Positions 53,297-63,503 of a stretch of 64,000 nucleotides of DNA are shown here, piece after piece. The stretch spans positions 86,494 to 150,493 of the forward strand of contig JAKFBU010000030.1 in the NCBI GenBank assembly GCA_036676985.1, written 5' to 3'. The notes under the pieces are model-generated. The model searched no databases. It was not told where the DNA came from and saw nothing but the letters and a program-made list of their open reading frames with translations. The translations under genes and the position numbers were made by a program. Position 1 is the first letter of the stretch. Every line of letters starts with the position of its first letter. The DNA is from Candidatus Sericytochromatia bacterium. GTDB lineage: Bacteria; Cyanobacteriota; Sericytochromatia; S15B-MN24; UBA4093.

Positions 53297-53926
53297 GTGA
53301 AACGCCTCGCCCTTGCGACTCTAGCGACCATTGCCGTCTCGGCGGCGCCTGCGCTCGCGGCGCCCCCCAGCGCGTTCATGGCGACCGGCACGGCGACGAG
53401 CTTCGCCACGGCCGATGCGCCCGAGCAGACCACGCCGGTCAAGCTCTTCTACCAGGGCGGCAAGATCCGCATCGAGATGCAGCCCCCCGGCGGCGGCAAG
53501 TCCGTGATCCTGGCCAAGCGCGGCTCCAAGCAGGTGACGATGCTGGATCCGGTCCAAAAGCTCGCGATGGTCTCGAACCTGAGCGCGGTGCAGACCCAGG
53601 ACGGCATGCCCTCCATGGACCAGATCATGGACATGGCCTCCTGGAAGGCGCAGCTCAAGACTGCCAAGCGCCTCGCGGGCTCCGAGGTGAAGGGCAGCGA
53701 ACAGTGCTCGCTCTGGGAGAAGACGACGGGCCAGACGACGTTCAAGGTCTGGTTCGCGGACAAGCTCGAGCTGCCGATGCAGATCGAGGGCAAGGTGGGC
53801 GGCAAGCCCCGCTTCCGGTTCTCGGTGAGCGGCGTGAAGCCCGGCCCGCAGGCCTCGACCCTGTTCGCGGTGCCGTCGGGCTATCAGACCACCGAGCTGG
53901 ACCTCTCGTCGCTGCAGCAGCGCTAG
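53297..53926 (+). CDS. Exported DUF4412/LolA-fold-like protein
   Basis: GTG after AAGGAGG; signal peptide; KIRIEM, G.E.....C..W, F.VPSGY C-terminal motif. Confidence 0.7.
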   Translation: MKRLALATLATIAVSAAPALAAPPSAFMATGTATSFATADAPEQTTPVKLFYQGGKIRIEMQPPGGGKSVILAKRGSKQVTMLDPVQKLAMVSNLSAVQTQDGMPSMDQIMDMASWKAQLKTAKRLAGSEVKGSEQCSLWEKTTGQTTFKVWFADKLELPMQIEGKVGGKPRFRFSVSGVKPGPQASTLFAVPSGYQTTELDLSSLQQR

Positions 53927-53934
53927 TCGTCGTT

Positions 53935-53970
53935 GAAAAGCCCCCGGGTTTCGGACCCGGGGGCTTTTTC
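53935..53970. terminator. Bidirectional intrinsic terminator
   Basis: AAAAGCCCCCGGG-loop-CCCGGGGGCTTTTT between convergent genes. Confidence 0.8.
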
Positions 53971-55108
53971 ATGTTGCCTGTGAGGCTGGGCGGCGGGCCT
54001 GGACGATCCACGTCCTCAGCAGCCGGCGCGCCGGCCTTTCCACCACGCGATAGGTCAGCGCGGCGGAGCCGAAGATGACCCCGGCGTAGCCGGCCGTGAC
54101 GGCCAGGCGCATGGGAAGGGGCGCCCCTGCGAAGGACGCGAGCGGCAGCAGCTTCACCCCTACGAGGTGGACCACCTCATGGGTCATGTAGAGGGCATAG
54201 GAGGCCTCGCCCCAGAACAGGAGCCATGGACGCCCGAGCCAGACGACGCCACGCCCCTGGGCCAACGCGAGCGAGAGGATCAACAGCCCGAACAGAGGCG
54301 CCACCAGGCTCAGGCTCCAGCCCAGCCCCGCCAGCCCCCAGATGGCCACCAGGAGGGCCATGAGCGTCGCCCCGGCCACCCACTCCCAGCGGACCTGAGT
54401 CCGGAACCCGAGCAAGTACGCCCGGCCCAGGAAACACCCCGCCAGGAACTCGCCCCCGATTTGCAGCAGCGCATGCGGGACAAAGCCCCGGAGGGCGAAG
54501 ACGGCGAGCATGGCCGCGAAGCTCGCCGCCGCGCCAACGAGCGCCTTTCCGGCGGTCGAGACCCGATTGATGGCCACGGCCGCGAACGGAAAGAACAGGT
54601 AGGCGAACCACTCGGCGCTGATGGACCATGCCGGCCCGTTCCAGGAATGCGCCTGCGACAACCAGGCCTGGATCAACAGGAGGTTTTGCGCCAGGCTCGC
54701 CAGCGTATAGCCGTCGCTCGAAGGGAGGGTGCCGCGGAGGGCGGCGGCACTCACCAGTCCGACGAGCAGGGCCAAGGTGAACAGGTGGACGGGATAGAGT
54801 CGCGCCAGCCGGTAGCCGAGGAAGCGGGCGTAGGCGGGGCCATCCCAGCGCGTGAAGGCCGGCAGGTAGTTGTAGCTGAGGATGAAGCCGCTCAAGACGA
54901 AGAACAGGTCCACCCCGAGGTAGCCGGCGCCACTCCACGTCGCGAGGGCGCGCAAGGGCGGGAAGACGGCCTCCAGGTCGGCTCGGTAATGAAACCAAAC
55001 GACCGCAGCGGCCGCGAAGAACCGGATGCCCGTCAGGACATCGATGTTGTCCCGGCGATCGCTAGCGACCGGGCCGGTCGATTCCGGCCGCGCCGCTAGG
55101 GTCGCCAT
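53969..55108 (-). CDS. Acyltransferase-3 (OafA-like) O-acyltransferase
   Basis: LTGIRFFAA..V.WFH, GVDLFFVLSGF, RLARLYP, WSISAEW..Y, GEASYALYMTH. Confidence 0.9.
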   Translation of the reverse strand: MATLAARPESTGPVASDRRDNIDVLTGIRFFAAAAVVWFHYRADLEAVFPPLRALATWSGAGYLGVDLFFVLSGFILSYNYLPAFTRWDGPAYARFLGYRLARLYPVHLFTLALLVGLVSAAALRGTLPSSDGYTLASLAQNLLLIQAWLSQAHSWNGPAWSISAEWFAYLFFPFAAVAINRVSTAGKALVGAAASFAAMLAVFALRGFVPHALLQIGGEFLAGCFLGRAYLLGFRTQVRWEWVAGATLMALLVAIWGLAGLGWSLSLVAPLFGLLILSLALAQGRGVVWLGRPWLLFWGEASYALYMTHEVVHLVGVKLLPLASFAGAPLPMRLAVTAGYAGVIFGSAALTYRVVERPARRLLRTWIVQARRPASQAT

Positions 55109-55124
55109 GCCCGCCGAGCGCAGT

Positions 55125-55877
55125 TCACCGCCTCAGCTCCTCGATCTGCGCCCGCACCTCCGCCATCAGCTCGTCCCGTCGCTCCGGACCGTAGGCCGAC
55201 GCGTCGATGGGCTTGCCGTAGCGGACCTTGATCGGCTGATCCAGGAAGACCCGGAAGGTCTTGGGTCGGATCACGTCGCGGGCCCCCACGATGCCCACCG
55301 GCACGATGGTCGCGCCCGTGTCGAGAGCCAGCATGAAGCCGCCCTTCTTGAAGGGCAGCAGGGAGCCGTCGCGGCTCCGCGTCCCTTCCGGGGCGATCCA
55401 CACGTTGATGCCCTCGTCCATCAGCTCCTTGGCCCGCATGAGGCTCTTGATGGCCTGAGTGCGGTTCTTGCGATCGACCGAGATGAAGCCGCCGAGCCGC
55501 AGGGCCGTGCCCCAGATGGGCACCTTGAAGAGCTCCGCCTTGGTCACCATGCGCGGCGGCCGCGGGGCAGTCGCGAAGATGAGCGGGATGTCCATCAGGC
55601 TCTCGTGGTTGGACATGAACAGGTACGAGCCCGCGGGATCGAAGTTTTCCAGGCCCTCGACCTCGAGCTTGGCCCGGGTGAGCTGCAGCACCCTGTCCCC
55701 GAGCCACTTGCAGCGCTCGTCGACGAGCTTCTTCGTCACGCGGTTGCGCATGGCATCGAAGATGGTGGGCCAGCTGATGGCCAGCACCGCCCCCATGGCG
55801 CGGAAACTCGCCAACACGCTGGTCTTGGGGGGCGCGGTCAGCTGCTTTTCGTCCTGGTTCATGGTCGCGGTCGGCAC
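55125..55877 (-). CDS. plsC: 1-acyl-sn-glycerol-3-phosphate acyltransferase
   Basis: NHESLMD (HxxxxD), PEGTRS, PFKKG. Confidence 0.88.
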   Translation of the reverse strand: MPTATMNQDEKQLTAPPKTSVLASFRAMGAVLAISWPTIFDAMRNRVTKKLVDERCKWLGDRVLQLTRAKLEVEGLENFDPAGSYLFMSNHESLMDIPLIFATAPRPPRMVTKAELFKVPIWGTALRLGGFISVDRKNRTQAIKSLMRAKELMDEGINVWIAPEGTRSRDGSLLPFKKGGFMLALDTGATIVPVGIVGARDVIRPKTFRVFLDQPIKVRYGKPIDASAYGPERRDELMAEVRAQIEELRR

Positions 55878-55879
55878 CC

Positions 55880-56101
55880 CTAGTCCTCGACGTCGGGCAA
55901 ACAGTCGAGCAGGGTCTGGACCTCGTCGCGGTACTCCTCGTAGTCCTCGACGGAGAGATCCTCGCCGGGGGCGTCCGTCTTGAGGTCCTCGGGGTGCTCG
56001 CTGTAGTGGGCGATCTCCTCCTCGATGTCCTCGAGGCGCTCCTGCAGGAGGTCGCGCAGGATGACGAGCTGTTCGTGGGTGACGTTGATGCTGTGCTTCA
56101 T
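55880..56101 (-). CDS. Small acidic hypothetical protein
   Basis: SD AAAGGGA, good codon bias, adjacent to plsC. Confidence 0.65.
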   Translation of the reverse strand: MKHSINVTHEQLVILRDLLQERLEDIEEEIAHYSEHPEDLKTDAPGEDLSVEDYEEYRDEVQTLLDCLPDVED

Positions 56102-56170
56102 GGCCTTGTCCCTTTCATCGTGGCAGCCTGCATTCTACCAAGTCTGTTCCGCGCCGCCCAGGGCCGGTGG

Positions 56171-56971
56171 CTAGCGGGAGGCGGCTTTTCCGCGCTGAAA
56201 GTGCAGAAAGACGACCCGATAGGCGCCGGGCTTGTCGCTGTGAAACGCCAGGTCCTGGGTGAAGTGCGGCAGCGCGCCGGCCGGCACGGTGGACGACCAG
56301 TTGTCGATCAGATGCTCTACCAGGTCCCAGCCCGAAAAGAGCGCCTGGATGGACGGCATGTCGAGGACCCAGCCGTTGTTGTAGTTGAGCATCGTCCGGC
56401 CGTACGGCAACGAGACGAAGAGGCTCGCCTCGGGCTTCATGACCCGCTGCAGGTCGGCCAGAAAGGAGACGAGCGCATTGGGATCCAGCTCGTCGCCGTA
56501 GCGGGCCAGGCCGACGGTGTGCAGCGACACCGGAGAGGTGAAGACGTCGAACTGCGCATCGTCCAGTGGCAAGGGCTTGCCGACGTCGTGAACGATGTAG
56601 CGAACGCGCGAAAGGTCGTCGTGGCAATCGGCGAGCACCAGCGCCGTCACGTCGTGGTAAACGGACATCAGGGCGTTGAAGCCCTTCTTGCCGCCCACGT
56701 CGAGCAGGGACAGGCCCAGCCCCTGGGGCTTGATCCGGCTGCCCACCCAGTAGGCGAACGAATCGTAGTGGGAGATGGTCTCCGACGGGTCCGCCGACAC
56801 GTCGTCCATGTTGTGCATGGGCGCCGCCGCCAGCGGGTGGTCCGGGCGCATCGCGCGGCGATAGCGCTCGAAACGGTCGGCCTGACGTTGTGCACGGGCC
56901 CGGCGTGCCGCGACGGCCATGCCGATCTGGAAGACGGCCAGGGGTGAATGCTTGAGCATGCGCTTGATCAT
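56171..56971 (-). CDS. DUF268-like SAM-dependent methyltransferase-fold protein
   Basis: LLDVGG, LPLDD..FD, H.VGLARYGD.LDP, L.RV.KP...L.VS.P.G. Confidence 0.72.
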   Translation of the reverse strand: MIKRMLKHSPLAVFQIGMAVAARRARAQRQADRFERYRRAMRPDHPLAAAPMHNMDDVSADPSETISHYDSFAYWVGSRIKPQGLGLSLLDVGGKKGFNALMSVYHDVTALVLADCHDDLSRVRYIVHDVGKPLPLDDAQFDVFTSPVSLHTVGLARYGDELDPNALVSFLADLQRVMKPEASLFVSLPYGRTMLNYNNGWVLDMPSIQALFSGWDLVEHLIDNWSSTVPAGALPHFTQDLAFHSDKPGAYRVVFLHFQRGKAASR

Positions 56972-57227
56972 ATCGTCCTAGGTGGCTTCAGGTCCTCGAA
57001 GGCGGTCCGGACGTCCGCCACCAACCCATCACGACGGCCGCATGGCGTGGCAAGACTTGCCGTAGCGTACCACACCCCCTTCCTCCCGGCACGACCGACG
57101 GGCCGGCGCATGGCGCCGTCGGCGGCGTCGACACCGGCGGCGTACCGGTGTGATAGAATTTCGGAGAAAGTCAGGCAGAAGGCTTGCGCAGGCTGCCTCC
57201 GCCCGGATCGTGTCAAGAGGCCTAACC

Positions 57228-58349
57228 GTGACCAACCCCACCACCCCGAAGACGGACCGTTTCTATCCGATATCGGAGCCGTCCATCACCGAGCTCGAAG
57301 TGGCGTACGTGCTGGATGCCGTCAAGTCGGGCTGGGTGTCCTCGCTCGGAAAGTATCTCGACGTCTTCGAGCAGAAGTTCGCGGCGTACTGCGGCACGGA
57401 GTTCGCGCTGACGACCTCGAACGGCACCACCGCGCTCCACCTGGCGCTGGTCGCGCTGGGCGTCCAGCCCGGTGACGAGGTGATCGTGCCCGACCTGACG
57501 TTCATCGCGACGGCCAACGCGGTCGCCTACATCGGGGCCAAGCCGGTGCTCGTCGACATCGAGCCGGACACGCTCTGCCTCGACCCCGCGAAGCTCGAGG
57601 CGGCCATCACCGAGCGCACCAAGGCCGTCATCCCGGTGCACCTGTACGGGCATCCGGCCAACATGCCCGAGATCATGCGCATCGCCAAGGCCCGTGGCCT
57701 GCATGTCGTCGAGGACGCCGCCGAGGCCCACGGGGCCACCATCGCGGGCGCCCGCGTCGGCTCCCTGGGAGATTGCGGCGTCTTCAGCTTTTACGGCAAC
57801 AAGATCATCACCACCGGCGAAGGCGGAATGATCACCACCTCTGACGAAGCCTTCTACCTGCGTGCCAAGCAGCTGCGCGACCACGCCATGAGCAAGGACA
57901 AGCGCTACTGGCACGACGAAATCGGCTACAACTACCGCATGACCAACCTCCAGGCCGCCCTGGGCGTCGCCCAGTTCGAGCGCATCGACGCCTTGATCGA
58001 GCGGCGGCGCGAGATCTTCGCCGCCTACCAGGAAGGCCTGCGCGGCCTCCCGGTGCGCCTCAACGCGACGGCCCCCTGGGCGCAAAACGTCTACTGGCTC
58101 ATCTGCGCCGAGTTCCCGGAGTTCACCGCGGATCAGCGCGACGACCTCATGCGCCGCCTCAAGGAGCGGGGGGTCGATTCGCGGCCCTACTTCTACCCGA
58201 TCTCCGACATGCCCATGTACCGCCAGGAGCCCGCGCTGACGCCCGAGGCGCATGCCGCCTCGGCCCGTGGGCTCTGCCTGCCGACCTACTCGAACCTCAC
58301 CGACCAGGACGTGGCAACCATCTGCTCGATTCTGCGCTCCGTCCTGTAG
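57228..58349 (+). CDS. DegT/DnrJ aminotransferase, probable GDP-perosamine synthase
   Basis: SGWVSS.G.Y...FE, SNGTTALHLAL, EDAAEAHG, FSFYGNKIITTGEGG, GYNYRMTNLQAA. Confidence 0.88.
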   Translation: MTNPTTPKTDRFYPISEPSITELEVAYVLDAVKSGWVSSLGKYLDVFEQKFAAYCGTEFALTTSNGTTALHLALVALGVQPGDEVIVPDLTFIATANAVAYIGAKPVLVDIEPDTLCLDPAKLEAAITERTKAVIPVHLYGHPANMPEIMRIAKARGLHVVEDAAEAHGATIAGARVGSLGDCGVFSFYGNKIITTGEGGMITTSDEAFYLRAKQLRDHAMSKDKRYWHDEIGYNYRMTNLQAALGVAQFERIDALIERRREIFAAYQEGLRGLPVRLNATAPWAQNVYWLICAEFPEFTADQRDDLMRRLKERGVDSRPYFYPISDMPMYRQEPALTPEAHAASARGLCLPTYSNLTDQDVATICSILRSVL

Positions 58350-58356
58350 GTCCTGG

Positions 58357-59070
58357 ATGCACGCGGACTACTACAACGGCTTTTACCAGGAACTCTCGCG
58401 GATCGATGCCCAGGGCAACTCGTTCTCCAAGATAGAGGGCCTGCTGCCCCCTCTGCGGCCCGGTGCGCGCATCCTGGACATCGGCTGCGGCCATGGGACG
58501 ACGAGCGCCGAGCTGGTCCAGCGCGGCCACCACGTCTTCGGCATGGAGATCAACCAGGACGCCCTCGCGGCCCTCAAGGCCAAGGGGATCACCCCCATCG
58601 AGCACGACATCACGGCCCCCTTCGAGCTGGAGGAGACCTTCGACGTGGTCCTGTTGCTCGACGTCCTCGAGCATGTCTTCGATCCGGCCGCCTTGCTCGG
58701 CGAGGCGACCCGGGTGCTGGCGCCCGGCGGCCACATCCTCGTGACCGTCCCCCTCTACTTCGATCTGCTCGACCGGCTCCGGATCCTGTTCACCGGCAGC
58801 ATCGTGAGCTACGACAACCGGTGCTACGGCGATGCGCTCTACCGGCGCTTTCGCAGCTACAACTACGATCACATCCGCTTCTTCCGCCCCAAGGACATGG
58901 TCGAGCTCTGCGCCCTCCATGCGCTCCAGGTCGAGGCGGTCCACTACAAGCCCATGGTGGCCTTCAACCCCATCGCCAAGCAGCTCGTCCGGCTCTTCGC
59001 CAACCGATACACCGTCGGCCTCAACCCCGGCCTCCTGGCGCACTCCATGGCCCTGCGGGTCACGCGATGA
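58357..59070 (+). CDS. Class I SAM-dependent methyltransferase
   Basis: ILDIGCGHG, FDVVLLLDVLEH, LAPGG. Confidence 0.88.
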   Translation: MHADYYNGFYQELSRIDAQGNSFSKIEGLLPPLRPGARILDIGCGHGTTSAELVQRGHHVFGMEINQDALAALKAKGITPIEHDITAPFELEETFDVVLLLDVLEHVFDPAALLGEATRVLAPGGHILVTVPLYFDLLDRLRILFTGSIVSYDNRCYGDALYRRFRSYNYDHIRFFRPKDMVELCALHALQVEAVHYKPMVAFNPIAKQLVRLFANRYTVGLNPGLLAHSMALRVTR

Positions 59071-60218
59071 AGACGGTCGGCATCGTCGCATACGGCCGAA
59101 AGCATAGCGGCGGCATCTACCAGTACACCATCGCCCACCTCGAGGCCCTGCGGCACGACCCTACGCACCGCTACGTCGTCTTTACGTGGCCCGACTGCGA
59201 CGAGTACGACCACCTCGGGCTCGAGGTCCGGAAGCTGCCCAGGCCCGAATACGCGGGCATCCGCATGCTGATCCGGCTCTTCCTGCTGAAGACGAAGTGG
59301 CGCACCAGCGCACTGTTGACGCGCACCGAGCTGGACGCCTTCCGCGACATCGATGCCTTCCTCTCGCCGGTGCCCGAGCTGTTTCCGGCCTACTACCTGG
59401 ACAAGCCGTTCGCCTTCACCCTGCATGACCTGCAGGAGCTGTACTACCCGGACTTCTTCACGGCGCGCGATCGCCTCCGCCGGACCCTGGTCAACGGGGC
59501 GCTCATCCAGGCGGCGACCCGGATCATCACCGAGTCCGAGCATGTCCGCTCCGACGTCCTGCGCTTCGCGGGAGGACGGGCCGAGCAGGTCACGGTCCTG
59601 ACCTCGCCCCCCACCCGGACGTTCCTGGAAAAATCCTTCGCACCGGGGGAGATCGAGCGGGTCAAGGCGCAGTACGGCTTGCCCGAGCGCTACCTGTATT
59701 ACCCCGCCCACTTTTGGCCGCACAAGAACCACATGGTGCTCCTGCAGGCCTTCCAAGAGGTCGCTCGAGCGTTTCCGGACGTCCACCTGGTGCTGACCGG
59801 CGCCCAGCATGCGGCCTTCGGCCCCGTGATGACGGCGGTCCAGGACATGGGGCTGGCGGGGCGGGTCCATTACCCCGGCTACGTCGCGTACGCGGACCTG
59901 CCGGCCATCTACAAGGGAGCGCTCATGCTGGTGATGCCGACGCTGTTCGAGAGCGTGAGCATCCCGGTCTACGAGGCGTTCGCGCTCAAGGTCCCGGTGG
60001 TCGCCTCGAACGTCACGGCCTTGCCCGAGCAGATCGGCGATGCGGGCCTGCTCTTCGATCCGGCCCGTCCCGAGGAGCTCGCGGCGGCGATCGAACGCCT
60101 CCTGACGGAGCCCGACCTCGCCGCGCGCTTGGCCGCACGCGGTCGACAACGGCTGGAGGCCGTCGATCCGGCCACGTATGCCCGCAACCTGACGGCGATC
60201 GTCTCGGCGCTGGCTTAA
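59067..60218 (+). CDS. GT4 glycosyltransferase (mannosyltransferase-like)
   Basis: TLHDLQ, YPAHFWPHKNH, PTLFESVSIPVYEA. Confidence 0.88.
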   Translation: MKTVGIVAYGRKHSGGIYQYTIAHLEALRHDPTHRYVVFTWPDCDEYDHLGLEVRKLPRPEYAGIRMLIRLFLLKTKWRTSALLTRTELDAFRDIDAFLSPVPELFPAYYLDKPFAFTLHDLQELYYPDFFTARDRLRRTLVNGALIQAATRIITESEHVRSDVLRFAGGRAEQVTVLTSPPTRTFLEKSFAPGEIERVKAQYGLPERYLYYPAHFWPHKNHMVLLQAFQEVARAFPDVHLVLTGAQHAAFGPVMTAVQDMGLAGRVHYPGYVAYADLPAIYKGALMLVMPTLFESVSIPVYEAFALKVPVVASNVTALPEQIGDAGLLFDPARPEELAAAIERLLTEPDLAARLAARGRQRLEAVDPATYARNLTAIVSALA

Positions 60219-61450
60219 CGCCCCACCAGATCCCGGACGATCGCGTCGAACTCCCGGGCGCGCTGCTCGTAGCTGTGGTCACGGAGCGTCCGAGCCTGAC
60301 CCGCCCGCGCGATGGCCTCGCGCTCTGCCGGGTGGTCGAGCAGCCACTGCACCTTCTCCAGGCACTCCTCGGCGGATCGGTAGGTGACGACCTCTCGGTC
60401 GGGCTCGTAGAGGTCGGCGATGTTCTCCTTCCAGTCCGTCACCAGGCAGGTCCCGGCACCGGTCGCCTCGTAGAGGCGCATGTTGGACGCCGAGCGCGGC
60501 GAGATGTCGATGTGACTGTTGAACGTCACAGCCGAGTCGTGCAGGGTCTGGAACATGGCGAGGCCGAAGACGCTCGGACGCAGGTGACGCCGCAGCTCCG
60601 GCACGCCCACCCGGGCAGGCGGCCCCGGCCAGTTGGCCGCCCGGCCGATGGCCGGCAGCTTGGCCAGCCCGGACGCAGGAAGGCCCACGGCCTTTAGCCC
60701 CCGCATTCCGTAGTAGAGGCCCAGCCGGGCAAACCAGTCGAGTTCCGCCTTGAGCGTCACGTCTCCCGCCGGGGCAAAGATGGTCATGTCGCGCCGTTGC
60801 GCCAGCGTGCGGAGCAGCTCCTCGCGCTGACCGTGCGCCCGGTTGCCCCGCGCAATCTGTCCCACGAAGGTGAAGCCGAGGTTCCGAGGTCGATCGAGGT
60901 CGATCCGCTGCAGGATGCGCGGCTCGAAGGCATGGTTCAGGTGGACGCTGCGATGGCCCATGGCCCGGAACTCTTCGGCGAGCTCCGGAATGCAGGACAG
61001 GATCAGATCGTGGGCCTTGAAGACGTCGGCGTCGGAGTAAGGCGCGCTGCACCAGCACACGACGTACCGGATGCTGGGGCACTGGGCTCGCAGCTCCTCG
61101 ATCCACGCGCGGCTGAAGAAGCTGAACTCCGCCATGTACAGGATTTCCGGCTGGAAGGCCTTGGCCTGGGCATAGGGAATTTGCCGCACCCAGTCATCGG
61201 GATCGATCGCGACGCCGTGCTCCCGGGCCCACGCCCACTGGATCGACTTCACGTTGGCCGTGACCTCCATGACCTCGTAGCCGAGCGGCGCCAGGGCATG
61301 CGACCAGAAGTCCGCCAGGCCGAACGCATCGTAGTCGTACACCCGCTTTTGCTCGGCATAAGACTGATCCACGAGTTCGGGATGCGCGGCGAAGAATTTG
61401 TCGAGGTAAAGTTGGTACGCCGTGGTGATCTTGAGAATGCGCATGGCCAC
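60215..61450 (-). CDS. CgeB/YkvP-like glycosyltransferase (Glyco_trans_1_2)
   Basis: FNSHID..NMRLYEATG.G..LVTD, GQARTLRDHSY..R. Confidence 0.85.
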   Translation of the reverse strand: MAMRILKITTAYQLYLDKFFAAHPELVDQSYAEQKRVYDYDAFGLADFWSHALAPLGYEVMEVTANVKSIQWAWAREHGVAIDPDDWVRQIPYAQAKAFQPEILYMAEFSFFSRAWIEELRAQCPSIRYVVCWCSAPYSDADVFKAHDLILSCIPELAEEFRAMGHRSVHLNHAFEPRILQRIDLDRPRNLGFTFVGQIARGNRAHGQREELLRTLAQRRDMTIFAPAGDVTLKAELDWFARLGLYYGMRGLKAVGLPASGLAKLPAIGRAANWPGPPARVGVPELRRHLRPSVFGLAMFQTLHDSAVTFNSHIDISPRSASNMRLYEATGAGTCLVTDWKENIADLYEPDREVVTYRSAEECLEKVQWLLDHPAEREAIARAGQARTLRDHSYEQRAREFDAIVRDLVGR

Positions 61451-61479
61451 TCCCCGCTAGCGTAAGGAATCGCGAACCG

Positions 61480-62163
61480 TCATGACGACGTCCGGTCCCG
61501 AAAGATGACCGTCTGGACGGTCTTGGCGAACATGCCGTAGCCCAAGGACTCCAGGTACTGAACCGTCGGGTTCTGGGCGGGATTCGCCGCATCGAAGCCG
61601 ATGCACTCCACCAGGAGGAACGTCGGCCTGAAGCGCGACCAGTCGTTGGACTGAAGGACGACCAGGTCGAGCCCTTCCACGTCAACGGAGAGAAAATCGA
61701 TGCGCTGGCCCTCCCGGACGTGCTCAGCGAGCACCTCCGCGAGCGGCCGGGTCGTGAGCTTCTCCTCTCGGACCACCTTGAAGGGCCCGATCTCGCGGGA
61801 GGACGCCAGCTCCGGATCGAGGGTGTTCATGGCGGGCTCGTTGAAGACGTAGAAGGTCAGCTCCCGCCGGTCCGGGCCAATCGCCTGCTCCACGTTGATG
61901 TCCCGGGGGCGAAGGCGCCGGAACAAGCGCATCGATCCGGGCATCGCATCGATGTTGAGCCCCCTCCAGCCGCGCCGGTAGAAGTAGTAGGTGTTCGAGA
62001 AGCGCTTGGGGTGGTGGGCGCCGACATCCACGTAGAACCCGCTGCGGCGATCGTCGAAGACGCGCCGCAGCACCATGTCTTCCCCTTCCTGGGAGTAGGA
62101 TTTCGCGGCGTAGCCGTCGAGGACAGCCCGCTTGAAGTGCCAGAGACGATGGATCAGCGACAT
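61480..62163 (-). CDS. FkbM-family methyltransferase
   Basis: SYSQEGED, FYVDVGAHHP..FSNT, IDFLSVDVEG. Confidence 0.9.
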   Translation of the reverse strand: MSLIHRLWHFKRAVLDGYAAKSYSQEGEDMVLRRVFDDRRSGFYVDVGAHHPKRFSNTYYFYRRGWRGLNIDAMPGSMRLFRRLRPRDINVEQAIGPDRRELTFYVFNEPAMNTLDPELASSREIGPFKVVREEKLTTRPLAEVLAEHVREGQRIDFLSVDVEGLDLVVLQSNDWSRFRPTFLLVECIGFDAANPAQNPTVQYLESLGYGMFAKTVQTVIFRDRTSS

Positions 62164-62171
62164 GAGGCCTC

Positions 62172-63503
62172 CTAGAGCCGAGGACTGGCAACGGCCTTCA
62201 CGAGCATCCACCCGGTTCGCCACAGCGGCTTGAACAGGAAGCAGGAACCGACCGCCGCGAAGCCATAGGCGATGAGGGATGCGATCGCGGCGCCCAGCCC
62301 CCCGTACCGGGGGATGAGGACGACGTTCAGGGCGATATTGATCAGACAGCCGAGCGAGACGGTCAGCAGGTGAAGGCGCGTCCAGTTCATGGTCGTCATG
62401 AACGAGCCCCGAGCCACGCCCAGGCTGGTGAACAGGCCGGCCCAGATCAGCGTCACGAGGATGGGCGCGGCGGCCGCGTAGTCCGGGCCGTAGACGACCG
62501 CGACGATCCACGGGGCCAGGAAGGTGGTAGGCACCGCCACCAAATAGCTCACCAGGGCGATCACCCGGTACAGCCTCTGCAGGCGACCGTAGAACGTGTC
62601 GTCCCCGCGGGCCATCGAGTTGACGATGCTCGGAAAGACCGAGGAAACGATCGCCGTCGGGATGAAGTACCACGACTCGGCCAACCGGACGGCGGCCGAG
62701 TAGATCCCGAGGTCGCGGTTCCCCGCCATCTGGCCCAGCATGACCTGGTCGATGCGCATGTAGAGCAGGATCACGAGGTTGGCCAGGGTGTAGGGCCAGA
62801 CGTCACGGAACAGGGACCACATCCAGCGCAGGTTCGGCCGCCAGGAACGGATGGAGTGGTGTGCGGCCCGGTAGGCGACGACCAGTCCTGCGGCTCCCAG
62901 GGCCACTTCGGCCGTACTGGCGATCGCAAAGGACATCAGCGGCGCATGGAGGAGGATCAAGGCGACCTTGACGCCGGAGAGCACGAAGAAGGCAGCGCCC
63001 TTGGCCATGACCGTGAACTTGGACATGACCCGCGCCTGAAAGCCCGACTCGATGACGTCGAAGGCCTGGAAGAAGTTGCCGGCCGCCACGATGGCGACCA
63101 TGGCCTGCGTCAACGGATCCCCCGGGCGGACCACGAGGATGGTCGCGGCCGCGAGCAAAAAGGCCGTGGTCGCGCCCGCGAGGCGCATGAGGAAGGCCGA
63201 CCCCATGAGCTCGCCCTCGGGGCAGCCCTCCGCGACCAACTCGCGGGTCAGAATGGCCTCGAGCCCCAAGGTGGAGATCGCGGCGAACATGGAGGCGAAG
63301 GCGATCGCGTAGCTGAACAGTCCGAAGTCGGTGGGTCCGAGGTAGCGGGCCACCCAGACTCCGACGAGCAGGCCGACCCCCAACCGGGCCACCCGGTCAC
63401 CCACCAGCCAGGCCGTATTGCCCACGACCTGTTGCAGGTAGGGGCGCCCCGACAAGCGGGAGCGCAGGGGCGCCGGCAGGAACTTAACCCACTGCTGGCT
63501 CAA
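62172..63503 (-). CDS. wzx: Wzx polysaccharide flippase
   Basis: TTG start after GGAGG; [43 protein letters not shown]. Confidence 0.87.
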   Translation of the reverse strand: MSQQWVKFLPAPLRSRLSGRPYLQQVVGNTAWLVGDRVARLGVGLLVGVWVARYLGPTDFGLFSYAIAFASMFAAISTLGLEAILTRELVAEGCPEGELMGSAFLMRLAGATTAFLLAAATILVVRPGDPLTQAMVAIVAAGNFFQAFDVIESGFQARVMSKFTVMAKGAAFFVLSGVKVALILLHAPLMSFAIASTAEVALGAAGLVVAYRAAHHSIRSWRPNLRWMWSLFRDVWPYTLANLVILLYMRIDQVMLGQMAGNRDLGIYSAAVRLAESWYFIPTAIVSSVFPSIVNSMARGDDTFYGRLQRLYRVIALVSYLVAVPTTFLAPWIVAVVYGPDYAAAAPILVTLIWAGLFTSLGVARGSFMTTMNWTRLHLLTVSLGCLINIALNVVLIPRYGGLGAAIASLIAYGFAAVGSCFLFKPLWRTGWMLVKAVASPRL

